A DNA stretch of 64,000 nt from Candidatus Latescibacterota bacterium. Lineage in GTDB: Bacteria; Latescibacterota; UBA2968. The translations under genes and the position numbers were made by a program. Below are positions 1-8,410 of this stretch, piece after piece. Position 1 is the first letter of the stretch; every line of letters begins with the position of its first letter. Where the stretch lies: the NCBI GenBank assembly GCA_965207885.1, contig OZ242311.1, positions 2,016,001-2,080,000 of the forward strand. The letters run 5' to 3'. The notes under the pieces were generated by a model that was given only the letters and a program-made list of their open reading frames with translations, made no database searches and was not told the DNA's origin.

Positions 1-1939
1 TGACACTGTCTCCCCGGGTTATGGCGGTCGATAGGGTCAGTGTGATGTTGGATCCGATACTGGCATTACTGGGCTCTACCACCCTGTTATTCACTGTAAT
101 CCCGGCGACTGCTTTGATGATCCGTCCCAGTTCTACGTTGAGGAATTCACTGAGCCAGGTTACCTGCGGCGACACGTCGATTTCCTCGCTGAAGGATATA
201 GTGACTGTAAGTCCATCCGTAGATGTCTCAGATCCGGTATATATCGGACGAACACCGTCAACTTTGTGATCAGAATCAGGAGGAACAAATGCCTCACCAG
301 ATCGATAGTCTATTCGATTGCCTACCAGGTCGTTGATTGTTCCTAGATCACTGGGTTGAACTCCAGGAATATCTACTGACAAAGCGGCGACGGGTAGTTG
401 AATCCCGTCAGTTGAAAAATCACCTTCTTGAATTGTATATCTGAAAACTGCTTCTGTATCAGAAGACTCAACATAGCTTGCAAGTGCAGCAACTCGATCT
501 CGCAACGCTAAGATGTACTCAGGAGAACCTGTAATGTCAACAGACTCACTAAATCTGATAGTAACTTCTACCGAGTCTCCGATAGCGTAGCCGTCCGTAT
601 CAGGAGGAGTAGAAGTCAATTCAGCAGTTGCAACAAAAGGTCGAATGCCGTCAACTTTACGTGATGAATCAGTAGCTACTGCTGTATGAGTCAATTCAGC
701 AGTATTTTCACTGCGATCCTGAATATACTCATTCTCGCCTACTGGCAAGGATAATGAGTTGGCAATGATAGAGATGCCTAAGCTATCACTAAGACCTTCT
801 GATACTTGAAATGCGAATTCATGAGTGTTAGAGTAGTTGACTGAGAAACGATGATCAGCAGGTTGATACCTTGCCTCGACAGTATCAGCACCTACAACAA
901 CAGATAACGTTGGTCCTCCACTGACTCCTACGACTTCGCTGAACTTAACTTTTGCGATGACAACGTCATCAATAGCGAAAGTAAAATCTGAACCTGCACT
1001 GGTAATAAATTCAACCGCAGTGATTGTTGGTGCAATATGATCAAGACGACCATCTACCTTGTGATCCGCCTGGGGCTCGAAACCGGCATAGATCCGATAG
1101 GCCGCTGTACTCGTTCCCACGGCAGTGACGGCAGTGTGATTGATAAAATTATGCCACGTACCGTTACTGTCCTGGTAGCCGCCGTCCATTTTTATGCCGT
1201 CGTCGTCGCGATCAGCCGATTGGACCTCATAGCCGAAGACCAGCTTGTTGGTGCCGGAGCCGCGGAGGTAACCGGCGGATTTCCAGTTGCTGCCGACCCA
1301 GAGGCCAAGTGCCGGATTGCCATCTACATCTACAGCTCTGCTGAAGGTGGCCTCGAACTCAATGGTCTCGCTTTCGCCATAGGTGTCTTCCCTGATAGGA
1401 GATGAGATTATCTCGATGTCCGTGATGTTCGGGTCATTGTCAATGATGGTGATCACGCACTTGTTGTCGCGGGTGGGATCGTCGAGATCAACCACGAGAT
1501 CGGTAGGTGTGAAGCGGGCAGTGAAGGTCTCGTTGCCTTCAATCAGAGTGTCTTCCCTGGTTGCGAAGGTGCGCTTAGCCCGGTTGGCGAGGTGCTCTTC
1601 GCGGGTGGACCATATCGACTCTGTGTTCTGATGCACGTAATCATCAGTACCAGCCGTTCCCGCATCGGTGTGCCAGTACGCAGCGAAGGGTAAGATGTGC
1701 TGGTGGTTGGTCACTCGAATCAGGAAGACATCTACTGAGTCGCCTTCCACGACTGTCGTATCCGGGCAGTCGAGGTAGAGTTTGGCCGTGTCAGCAGGAA
1801 CTTTGCTGAGAGAGAATGTGGGCAAGTCTTCCTGGGCAGCAGAAACTGCGGGCGGATCTTGAAGGCCGTTCAGTCCGATGAGGATGGTGATCGCAACGAT
1901 GCATGCCGACCACCCGAGTATGCCGGTTATCTTTTTCAA
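1..1939 (-). CDS. Secreted Ig-like repeat surface protein (Calx-beta-like N-terminus, Ig-like repeats, SwmB-like domain); 3' end runs off the window; paralog of 2149-4470
   Basis: Absent from the ORF track because it has no stop in the window. Read manually: AAGGAGG SD, then TTG at 1939 giving MKKITGILGWSACIVAITILIGLNG (signal peptide). The same frame gives LYLDCPDTTVVEG...HKVDG...LSTAITRGDSV, matching the downstream paralog. Confidence 0.85.
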   Translation of the reverse strand, partial: MKKITGILGWSACIVAITILIGLNGLQDPPAVSAAQEDLPTFSLSKVPADTAKLYLDCPDTTVVEGDSVDVFLIRVTNHQHILPFAAYWHTDAGTAGTDDYVHQNTESIWSTREEHLANRAKRTFATREDTLIEGNETFTARFTPTDLVVDLDDPTRDNKCVITIIDNDPNITDIEIISSPIREDTYGESETIEFEATFSRAVDVDGNPALGLWVGSNWKSAGYLRGSGTNKLVFGYEVQSADRDDDGIKMDGGYQDSNGTWHNFINHTAVTAVGTSTAAYRIYAGFEPQADHKVDGRLDHIAPTITAVEFITSAGSDFTFAIDDVVIAKVKFSEVVGVSGGPTLSVVVGADTVEARYQPADHRFSVNYSNTHEFAFQVSEGLSDSLGISIIANSLSLPVGENEYIQDRSENTAELTHTAVATDSSRKVDGIRPFVATAELTSTPPDTDGYAIGDSVEVTIRFSESVDITGSPEYILALRDRVAALASYVESSDTEAVFRYTIQEGDFSTDGIQLPVAALSVDIPGVQPSDLGTINDLVGNRIDYRSGEAFVPPDSDHKVDGVRPIYTGSETSTDGLTVTISFSEEIDVSPQVTWLSEFLNVELGRIIKAVAGITVNNRVVEPSNASIGSNITLTLSTAITRGDSV

Positions 1940-1952
1940 GTCATTCCTCCTT

Positions 1953-2078
1953 AAAAAGAGTGGGTTATGGTTTGCTGGACCATTCACGCTGTGTATGTTG
2001 CGGCAGAGGGCCACTGGCTGACTACCAATCCGACAGGGCCTTCTGCCGTTTCCGCTGAGAAATATCACGGCTGATTCT
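1953..2078 (-). ncRNA. Conserved structured 5' leader, copy A (candidate cis-regulatory RNA)
   Basis: One of 5 copies. Hairpin CGGCAGAAGGCCCTG-TCGGATTGGTAGTCAGC-CAGTGGCCCTCTGCCG, ending at the SD of the next gene. Confidence 0.6.
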
Positions 2079-2148
2079 TAAAATATTTGAGACGACCTGC
2101 CAGGTGGGACTTTGTTTGGCTGTGTGATTTGGGGGTATGCCATCGCGA

Positions 2149-4470
2149 TTAGTCGTCGTCGTCAATGATTACATTTACACCTACTACTACCGAGTCATAT
2201 CCACCCCCACTGGCCGTGTGCGTCAGCCGCACCCAGTAATCTATACTGTCATCGTCCTGGGCGGCTGTCACTGTCACCGTCTGCGCTGTGTTCCAGTTCT
2301 GATTAGTGAATGTGAGACTTGTGGGATCTGTCGATAGCTTGTCCGAATCAGAACTGCTGATTGTTACGGTGACATCCGCCGAGGGCTGGGTTTTTAAGGC
2401 CACAGTGTAGGTCTCGGTCGCTCCTTCTGTAACCGTGAATCCCGTCGGTGTCAGTACCAGGTCTGCTGTGCTCGTTGTACCATCGGCAACCGTAGAATTG
2501 TTCGTGACGTCCTGATAGGAAAAAAGAGCGAGCGCGTTGCCAGCCGTATCGATGAAGAATCCCGGCGCACTCTGGGCGAAGTAATTGTTGTAATCTACTT
2601 TGACACTGTCTCCCTCGGTTATGGCGGTCGATAGGGTCAGTGTGATATCGGATCCGGAAATACTGGCATTACTGGGTTCTACCACCCTGTTATTTACTGT
2701 AATCCCGGCGACGGCTTTGATGATCCGTCCCAGTTCTACATTGAGGAATGTGCTGAGCCAGGTTACCTGCGACGGCACGGTGATGTCCTCGCTGAAGGTT
2801 ATGGTGACCGTCAGGCCATCCGTGGATGTTGCAGCACTGGAGAAGGTGGGATACACACCATCTACTTTGTGATCGGAATCGAAAGGCATAGCCCGGTGGA
2901 ACAGGTCAGCGGTATTTCCCACGGCGTCCTTTATGGTACCGCCGTTGAGAGTGAGTCCACGCATGGGGAAGCCGATGCCGCGGCTTGCAGAGTCGCTCTC
3001 CTCCACTGTGTAGATAAAGACTGCGCCATCTTCATTCGCGTTAACGTAGCTGGCCTGTTCCACCGCACTATCCTCGAAGGCCAGATCAATCTGCGGCGTG
3101 CCGGTAACGGTGATGTCTTCGCTGAATGTCACTGTCACTACGATGGTATCGCCGATGGCGTAGGTGGCATCATTTTTCGGAGTAGAGGTGAATTCTATGC
3201 TTGAGATGGTAGGAGACACACCATCTACCTTGTGTTCACTGTCAGAGGCCACGGCGTCGTGGGTCAGGTCAGCGTTGTTATCATATTGGTCCTTGATAGA
3301 ACCGCCATTGAGGGTGAGTTTGTTCGCACCGATGGAGATGCCGTTGCTGTCATTGTCACCCTCCACCACCTGGGTGAGGAAGCTCACCAAGAGGGAGTCA
3401 GTAGAGACGGCGGAGTAATCCGCCCTCCTTGACTTCGCACCGATGTCCAGAGACAATAGGGGGGTGCCAGTGATGATTACTCCTTTGCTGAATGTCACTT
3501 CCACGACGATAGAGTCGCCAATGCCGTAAGCACCGTCGTCTCCTGGATCAGAGGTGATATCAATTGATGATATGGTCGGGTCTATAGCCGCCGTGATTGA
3601 GCCATCTACCTTATGACCGGACTGGTTGCCGATGCCAGAATAGATCCGATAGGCCACTGTACTCGTTCCCACGGCAGTGACGGCAGTGTGATTGATAAAA
3701 TTATGCCACGTACCGTTACTGTCCTGGTAGCCGCCGTCCATTTTTATGCCGTCGTCGTCGCGATCAGCCGATTGGACCTCATAGCCGAAGACCAGCTTGT
3801 TGGTGCCGGAGCCGCGGAGGTAACCGGCGGATTTCCAGTTGCTGCCGACCCAGAGGCCAAGTGCCGGATTGCCATCTACATCTACAGCTCTGCTGAAGGT
3901 GGCCTCGAACTCAATGGTCTCGCTTTCGCCATAGGTGTCTTCCCTGATAGGAGATGAGATTATCTCGATGTCCGTGATGTTCGGGTCATTGTCAATGATG
4001 GTGATCACGCACTTGTTGTCGCGTTCCGGATTAGTCATATCTGTGACATTGCCAGTAGTTGTAAATCGTGCAGTAAAAGTCTCGTCGCCCTCGAGCAGGC
4101 TGTCTTGTCTAGTTCGAAAGGTGCGTTTTGCCCGCCCAGCTATGCGTTCAGCATCCGTACTCCAAATCGCACCTGTATTCTGATGAACGTAATCAGTAGA
4201 ATCAGCAGTTCCAGGATCAGTATGCCAAAACGCACCGAAATTTAAACCGTGATCATGATCGGTCACAAGAACGAGAAATACATCGACATTTTCTCCTTCA
4301 ACAACTGTCGTATCCGGGCAGTCGAGGTACCAACTTGCATTGTGAGTAGCGACCTTGCTAGCTTGTTGATCTTGAGCGAATATAGTAGACGGGTTTCGAA
4401 GATTGATAAAACCTGCTGCGAGTAGTACGATGATCGCAGACCATACTAGCCTGTCAAATTTCTTTCTCAA
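2149..4470 (-). CDS. Secreted Ig-like repeat/Calx-beta/SwmB-like surface protein
   Basis: ORF track gives 2149..4533. A better start is TTG 4470 after AAGGAGG (MRKKFDRLVWSAIIVLLAAG signal peptide). Three Ig-like repeats each end in HKVDG; the C-terminal domain is Calx-beta-like. Confidence 0.85.
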   Translation of the reverse strand: MRKKFDRLVWSAIIVLLAAGFINLRNPSTIFAQDQQASKVATHNASWYLDCPDTTVVEGENVDVFLVLVTDHDHGLNFGAFWHTDPGTADSTDYVHQNTGAIWSTDAERIAGRAKRTFRTRQDSLLEGDETFTARFTTTGNVTDMTNPERDNKCVITIIDNDPNITDIEIISSPIREDTYGESETIEFEATFSRAVDVDGNPALGLWVGSNWKSAGYLRGSGTNKLVFGYEVQSADRDDDGIKMDGGYQDSNGTWHNFINHTAVTAVGTSTVAYRIYSGIGNQSGHKVDGSITAAIDPTISSIDITSDPGDDGAYGIGDSIVVEVTFSKGVIITGTPLLSLDIGAKSRRADYSAVSTDSLLVSFLTQVVEGDNDSNGISIGANKLTLNGGSIKDQYDNNADLTHDAVASDSEHKVDGVSPTISSIEFTSTPKNDATYAIGDTIVVTVTFSEDITVTGTPQIDLAFEDSAVEQASYVNANEDGAVFIYTVEESDSASRGIGFPMRGLTLNGGTIKDAVGNTADLFHRAMPFDSDHKVDGVYPTFSSAATSTDGLTVTITFSEDITVPSQVTWLSTFLNVELGRIIKAVAGITVNNRVVEPSNASISGSDITLTLSTAITEGDSVKVDYNNYFAQSAPGFFIDTAGNALALFSYQDVTNNSTVADGTTSTADLVLTPTGFTVTEGATETYTVALKTQPSADVTVTISSSDSDKLSTDPTSLTFTNQNWNTAQTVTVTAAQDDDSIDYWVRLTHTASGGGYDSVVVGVNVIIDDDD

Positions 4471-4545
4471 ACTATACCTCCTTAAACGTAGTAGGTTATG
4501 AAGGTCTTGTAGACAGGTGAGTACGGTAAGCATAACAACAAATGC

Positions 4546-4578
4546 TTACCATCCAAGTATGCCGATTGTCTTTTCCAA
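4546..4578 (-). pseudogene. Degenerate N-terminus remnant or 10-aa uORF (MEKTIGILGW*)
   Basis: AAGGAGG SD plus TTG; homologous to the MKKITGILGW start of the gene at 1939; in-frame TAA at 4546-4548. Confidence 0.6.
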
Positions 4579-4591
4579 GTCATTCCTCCTT

Positions 4592-4762
4592 AAAAAGAGT
4601 GGGTTATGGTTTGCTGGACCATTCACGCTGTGTATGTTGCGGCAGAGGACCACAGGCTGACTACCAATCCGACTGGGACCTTCTGCTGTTTACGCTGAGA
4701 AATATCACGGCTGATTCTCAGCGTAAATTAGCCTCAAAGCGGTTCAACTTTGGGTTACATAT
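4592..4762 (-). ncRNA. Conserved structured 5' leader, copy B
   Basis: Near-identical to copies A/C/D/E; directly downstream of the sigma54 promoter at 4792-4808. Confidence 0.6.
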
Positions 4763-4791
4763 TCTCTTATTTGACAATATAATTTTAACTA

Positions 4792-4808
4792 TGCAAAATC
4801 TGTGCCAA
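4792..4808 (-). promoter_or_regulatory. sigma54 (-24/-12) promoter
   Basis: TTGGCACAGATTTTGCA versus consensus YTGGCACGRNNNTTGCW; GG-N10-GC spacing is exact. Confidence 0.85.
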
Positions 4809-4903
4809 CGTGAATTTGTCACAAGATAATTTATCATAAAGCATTATTTATATTTAAGTAATTAAAAAAGAAATATAAAAATCAGTCTGGAATTTTATAT
4901 TCT

Positions 4904-4945
4904 CAATTACCATATATCGTGATATTTAGCCATATATGGTGATTG
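4904..4945. promoter_or_regulatory. Putative enhancer (UAS) dyad for a sigma54 activator
   Basis: CAATTACCATATAT-N14-ATATATGGTGATTG (13/14 dyad), ~100-140 bp upstream of the -24 box; conserved at 12525-12566. Confidence 0.65.
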
Positions 4946-5015
4946 TCGATATTAAGAAAGCCCGTCTGGAGTTGCCCGCTTGAGTGGATAGTGTAGAAGG
5001 TTTCCCACCTTATCT

Positions 5016-8000
5016 TTACCAGCGCAGGGTGCCTCGTGCGAGCACCTCATGGTCTGCGCCGTTTAGCAACGGGCTTTCGCGGCGTTGCACATCAACGCCC
5101 AATTCGAAGTGGGGACGCTCCCGGTTCAAAAGCGCAAGGCCGTACCCTGCTCGGTAGTCCCGGCCATACTCAGAGGTCCCAAATCCGATTCTCGGTGTCC
5201 CAACGAAGCGTCTGCCCACAGGCAGACCGTAGCCTAAATCGGCTTTGAGGCGTCTTTCTGAAGTGTGTCTGTCGGAGACCCTGAACTGCTCCATCGTCTC
5301 TCTGCCCCACAGCATTTCGGCACCACTTACTGCCTGACCGCCCCACGATGGTGAAACCCGCGCTACAAATCCCAGAGGCGTTGACGGCCTCGGATTGTAA
5401 CTGAACGAGATCGCCACACCCTTATCCTGGAACCCTTTCGCCTGGTGTACCAGCAGTGTCCGCACCCGCACGTCGGCCGACAGCCCGGACAAGGGATTTA
5501 ATGCGATCAGGCTACCGGCGAGGTCCACGCCCGCACCCGTTTCGGCGTCGCCGCCGTCGTGCCGCAACCCAACCTCCAGGCGCGGCTGCAACGACATTCC
5601 ATCCCCCAACGCGTAGCTGCGCGAGGCTTCCAGACCCGCACGCAACCGCGTCACCAACGCCCGTGTCGCCGCCAGATTCCCCGCTGGACCAGCTATGTCT
5701 GCGTTCGCCATCGCCACCCCCAGCGCATCCGTCTTGAATGCCAGCCCAAAGCCGCCCACCGACGTAAACTCGCCCCGCAGCCCCGCCGCGGCCATCGCCA
5801 TCGACAGCCCCGTCTCCAGCACCGCACCTGCGCCCGGCGTCAAGCACAACCCACCCTTGCCGTATCCGGTCACACCCCAGAGTGTGATGCGGTCGGTCGC
5901 CCTGTAGCCCAGCCACGGGTAGAGTCCTGTCACCGACGAAGCCAACTGGCCGTTGTCGATGTCTGCATACCTGCCCTGGCCCCGGCTGTGCGCCAGTGTC
6001 AGGCCCGTCACCAGCGGCCCCTTCGCGTAGTCAAAGCCGAACAGCAGCGAGCGCACAGCCCCGTTCAGTGACAGCGTACCTTCACGCCCGCTGAAATCCG
6101 AATGGGAACCGTTGCTCCAAAATGACAGGACGCTCCCGCGACGCATCTCACGGTTAAGCGTGAACGCAGAGCCGGTCAGCACATCGCCTCTACCACCCAC
6201 GGATATCCGGAGAAGTTTAGCGATGTCTAGGTCGCCACCACTTGTCCGGTGTCCGCCTGCTGCCATGCCGCCCAATCGATTGAGGAAACCCTGCGCTATA
6301 TCGCGCTCCAGGCTCCGTCTCAGGTGCCATCCCGCGACCCGACCTTCAAAGCCAGGATCGCGTGGGGCGGCAATGCGTTTCTTCACTTGCTCGACCACAC
6401 GCACTGCCACTGTGCGCCCGAAACGCGCCATATAGGCTTGAGGCATGGGGTCGGAGTTGGCAATCGTACCCGTTGCCTCGGCGCGGGTGATGGTGAGTGT
6501 GCGCAGCGTGTTGCCATTGCCATCCATCAGCCGTGCGTTGCTGATCTTGACCTTCACTGTCTCGCCGTTGTCATTCACCGTGTCGTCAATGATCCGGACG
6601 AATGGTCTTTGATGCACCTCTCTCTTATCCATCCAGTCCGAATACTTGGGGCGAGCCAGATAGTCCGTCCCTTCGATGGCGGTCCCTCCCGAGATGGTCT
6701 CGAAGTCGTACACGATGTAGTAGCGCTGCGAAGGGCGCGAAGCGGTGACGGTGAACCGGAGCCACCCGTCATCCTCATTCGCGGTTGCATCCCTGATCGA
6801 TAGCGTCGGGTACGAAGCGTTGAGGGTGAGCGACGGGGCGTTCAAGAGTAGTCTGCCGTCCGGGTCGCACAGCGCGCCGTCCAGGTTGCAGGCCTGATTG
6901 GCAGTCATCGCGACGATGACCTCGCCGTCATCGGTTTCTGGACGCACCTCCATCCGCCAATGGTTGCTGAAGGTCGCGAACTTCGTGGTGCCGGGAAGAC
7001 GCCTGCGTTTCTTGTGGATGCGCTGTGCCTTAACGATTTCACCGTCCGTCACTGTGAAGACGTAGTCGCGCATGTCCTTGAAGCTCTTGGAGATGGCTGT
7101 CGAGAGCTTCAGGTCAAAGACGTAGTGAAGCCGCCCGCCCGATCCGTCCACCGGGTTCTTCTCCACGAGTCTCGCGGTAAGCCCGGTGCTCGGTGTGCCT
7201 TTGACAATATCCGAGGGGGTGCTATCGCCCGTGTCGTTCGTCGCGATGACGCGGACCATGTACTCCGGGCCGTTGGTCACACCCGTGATCGTGTAGCTCG
7301 TGTCCTCATCGTCCTCCAGGATCGCCTGGCGCCCGTCTGTCTCCGCATCGGCAAAGGTCTCGCCCCCCGACTTCCACTCGACCTTATATCCTCTGGCACC
7401 TATCGGTCTCTCCCAGGTGACCTCGAGTTGTCCGTGCTTCGGGATCACCTGCACGCCAGTTACCTGGTCTGGAGGATTCGTGAACAGCTTTATGAGCACC
7501 ACCTCTCCGAAAGTCCAGTCCAGGTCAAACTGGTCCGGAAGACTGTCTCGCCAGTCCTGGACCTGATCGCCGAAGTGCACGACCACACCCGATCCGGTAA
7601 GGGATAAAATGGCAGTCAGGGCGTTCCAAGGGGGATCGAACCCAAGTGGTAACGACTTATTGATAGGGTCGTACTCCAGCCGGTTCAGGGTGTACGTATT
7701 GCCGAGGATCTCAAACGACCGTGGCACCAGCGCGCCCGTCCCGTTCGTCTTGTTGTACCCCAGGAGGTTCCCGTTGAGGTCAACCGTCAGGTTCGCGGTG
7801 AACGCCGCCATAGGGTCCGCAGTCGGCGCGCCCGCCGCGCGCGCCACCTTGATCGTGTAGGTCGCCGTGGTGTTGTCCTCGGCCGTGACCGTGATCGTGA
7901 CCGTGTTGAGACCCTCGGACAGCGCCAGTGTGGCCGTGCCCGGCGTGGTCGTGTCCGTATCGCCCGCGATCGCCACCGTCGCGCCGTCGTCGTTCTTCGT

Positions 8001-8225
8001 CGCCGTTACCACGATTGAAGTCGTGTCGTTCTGAACAAACACGCGGTAGGCCATCGTGTTCGCGGAGAATGTCGGGCTGAGCGTCAAGCTCGTGCCGCCA
8101 CCTGTCGTCAGCGCCAGCGCGCTCAGTGTGGCGTCGCCGGACTGCGCCATCACAGCGTGCGGAATCGCCAGTAGCGCGGCGAGTGCCAACAGAAGGATAC
8201 GGTGGAAAGTCGTGACTCTGTGCAT
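5016..8225 (-). CDS. Autotransporter-like adhesin: cadherin-like beta-sandwich, FN3, Calx-beta, C-terminal outer-membrane beta-barrel
   Basis: Start reassigned to ATG 8225 (AAGGAG SD; MHRVTTFHRILLLALAALLAIPHAVMA signal peptide). Motifs: DATLSAL...ITVTAED (cadherin-like), PPDQVTGVQV...YKVEWK...YMVRV (FN3); terminal TLRW beta-signal-like strand. Confidence 0.8.
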   Translation of the reverse strand: MHRVTTFHRILLLALAALLAIPHAVMAQSGDATLSALALTTGGGTSLTLSPTFSANTMAYRVFVQNDTTSIVVTATKNDDGATVAIAGDTDTTTPGTATLALSEGLNTVTITVTAEDNTTATYTIKVARAAGAPTADPMAAFTANLTVDLNGNLLGYNKTNGTGALVPRSFEILGNTYTLNRLEYDPINKSLPLGFDPPWNALTAILSLTGSGVVVHFGDQVQDWRDSLPDQFDLDWTFGEVVLIKLFTNPPDQVTGVQVIPKHGQLEVTWERPIGARGYKVEWKSGGETFADAETDGRQAILEDDEDTSYTITGVTNGPEYMVRVIATNDTGDSTPSDIVKGTPSTGLTARLVEKNPVDGSGGRLHYVFDLKLSTAISKSFKDMRDYVFTVTDGEIVKAQRIHKKRRRLPGTTKFATFSNHWRMEVRPETDDGEVIVAMTANQACNLDGALCDPDGRLLLNAPSLTLNASYPTLSIRDATANEDDGWLRFTVTASRPSQRYYIVYDFETISGGTAIEGTDYLARPKYSDWMDKREVHQRPFVRIIDDTVNDNGETVKVKISNARLMDGNGNTLRTLTITRAEATGTIANSDPMPQAYMARFGRTVAVRVVEQVKKRIAAPRDPGFEGRVAGWHLRRSLERDIAQGFLNRLGGMAAGGHRTSGGDLDIAKLLRISVGGRGDVLTGSAFTLNREMRRGSVLSFWSNGSHSDFSGREGTLSLNGAVRSLLFGFDYAKGPLVTGLTLAHSRGQGRYADIDNGQLASSVTGLYPWLGYRATDRITLWGVTGYGKGGLCLTPGAGAVLETGLSMAMAAAGLRGEFTSVGGFGLAFKTDALGVAMANADIAGPAGNLAATRALVTRLRAGLEASRSYALGDGMSLQPRLEVGLRHDGGDAETGAGVDLAGSLIALNPLSGLSADVRVRTLLVHQAKGFQDKGVAISFSYNPRPSTPLGFVARVSPSWGGQAVSGAEMLWGRETMEQFRVSDRHTSERRLKADLGYGLPVGRRFVGTPRIGFGTSEYGRDYRAGYGLALLNRERPHFELGVDVQRRESPLLNGADHEVLARGTLRW

Positions 8226-8238
8226 AGTTGGTCTCCTT

Positions 8239-8398
8239 AAACAGAGTGGGTTATGGTTTGTTGGACCATTCTCGCTCTGTATGTTGCGGCAGAAGATCAC
8301 AGGCTGACTACCAATCCGACTGGGACCTTCCGCTGTTTCCGTAAATATCACGACTCATTCTCTGAGCCTCAAAACGATTCAAATTTCGGGTCACATAT
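8239..8398 (-). ncRNA. Conserved structured 5' leader, copy C (no promoter of its own visible)
   Basis: Same hairpin and invariant loop; begins ~12 bp after the activator stop codon at 8411. Confidence 0.6.
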
Positions 8399-8410
8399 CC
8401 GATACACCAT

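Noticed and set aside
1953-1985. Resemblance of AAAGAGTGGG / GCAAACCAT to the c-di-GMP-I riboswitch
   Set aside because: The two words are on opposite strands, and the GAAA tetraloop/receptor and GCAAAG elements are not arranged as in that family. An Rfam scan is still advisable.
1-4470. Diversity-generating retroelement TR/VR pair to explain the near-identical blocks
   Set aside because: No reverse transcriptase in the window, both blocks are coding and internal, and the differences are not obviously adenine-specific.
4830-4860. IHF site between enhancer and sigma54 promoter (also ~12450-12470)
   Set aside because: AT-rich and conserved, but the spacing does not match WATCAANNNNTTR well enough to call.
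8226-8351. 42-aa N-terminal extension of the autotransporter ORF in the track
   Set aside because: It is a read-through of leader copy C; the SD and signal peptide point to ATG 8225.
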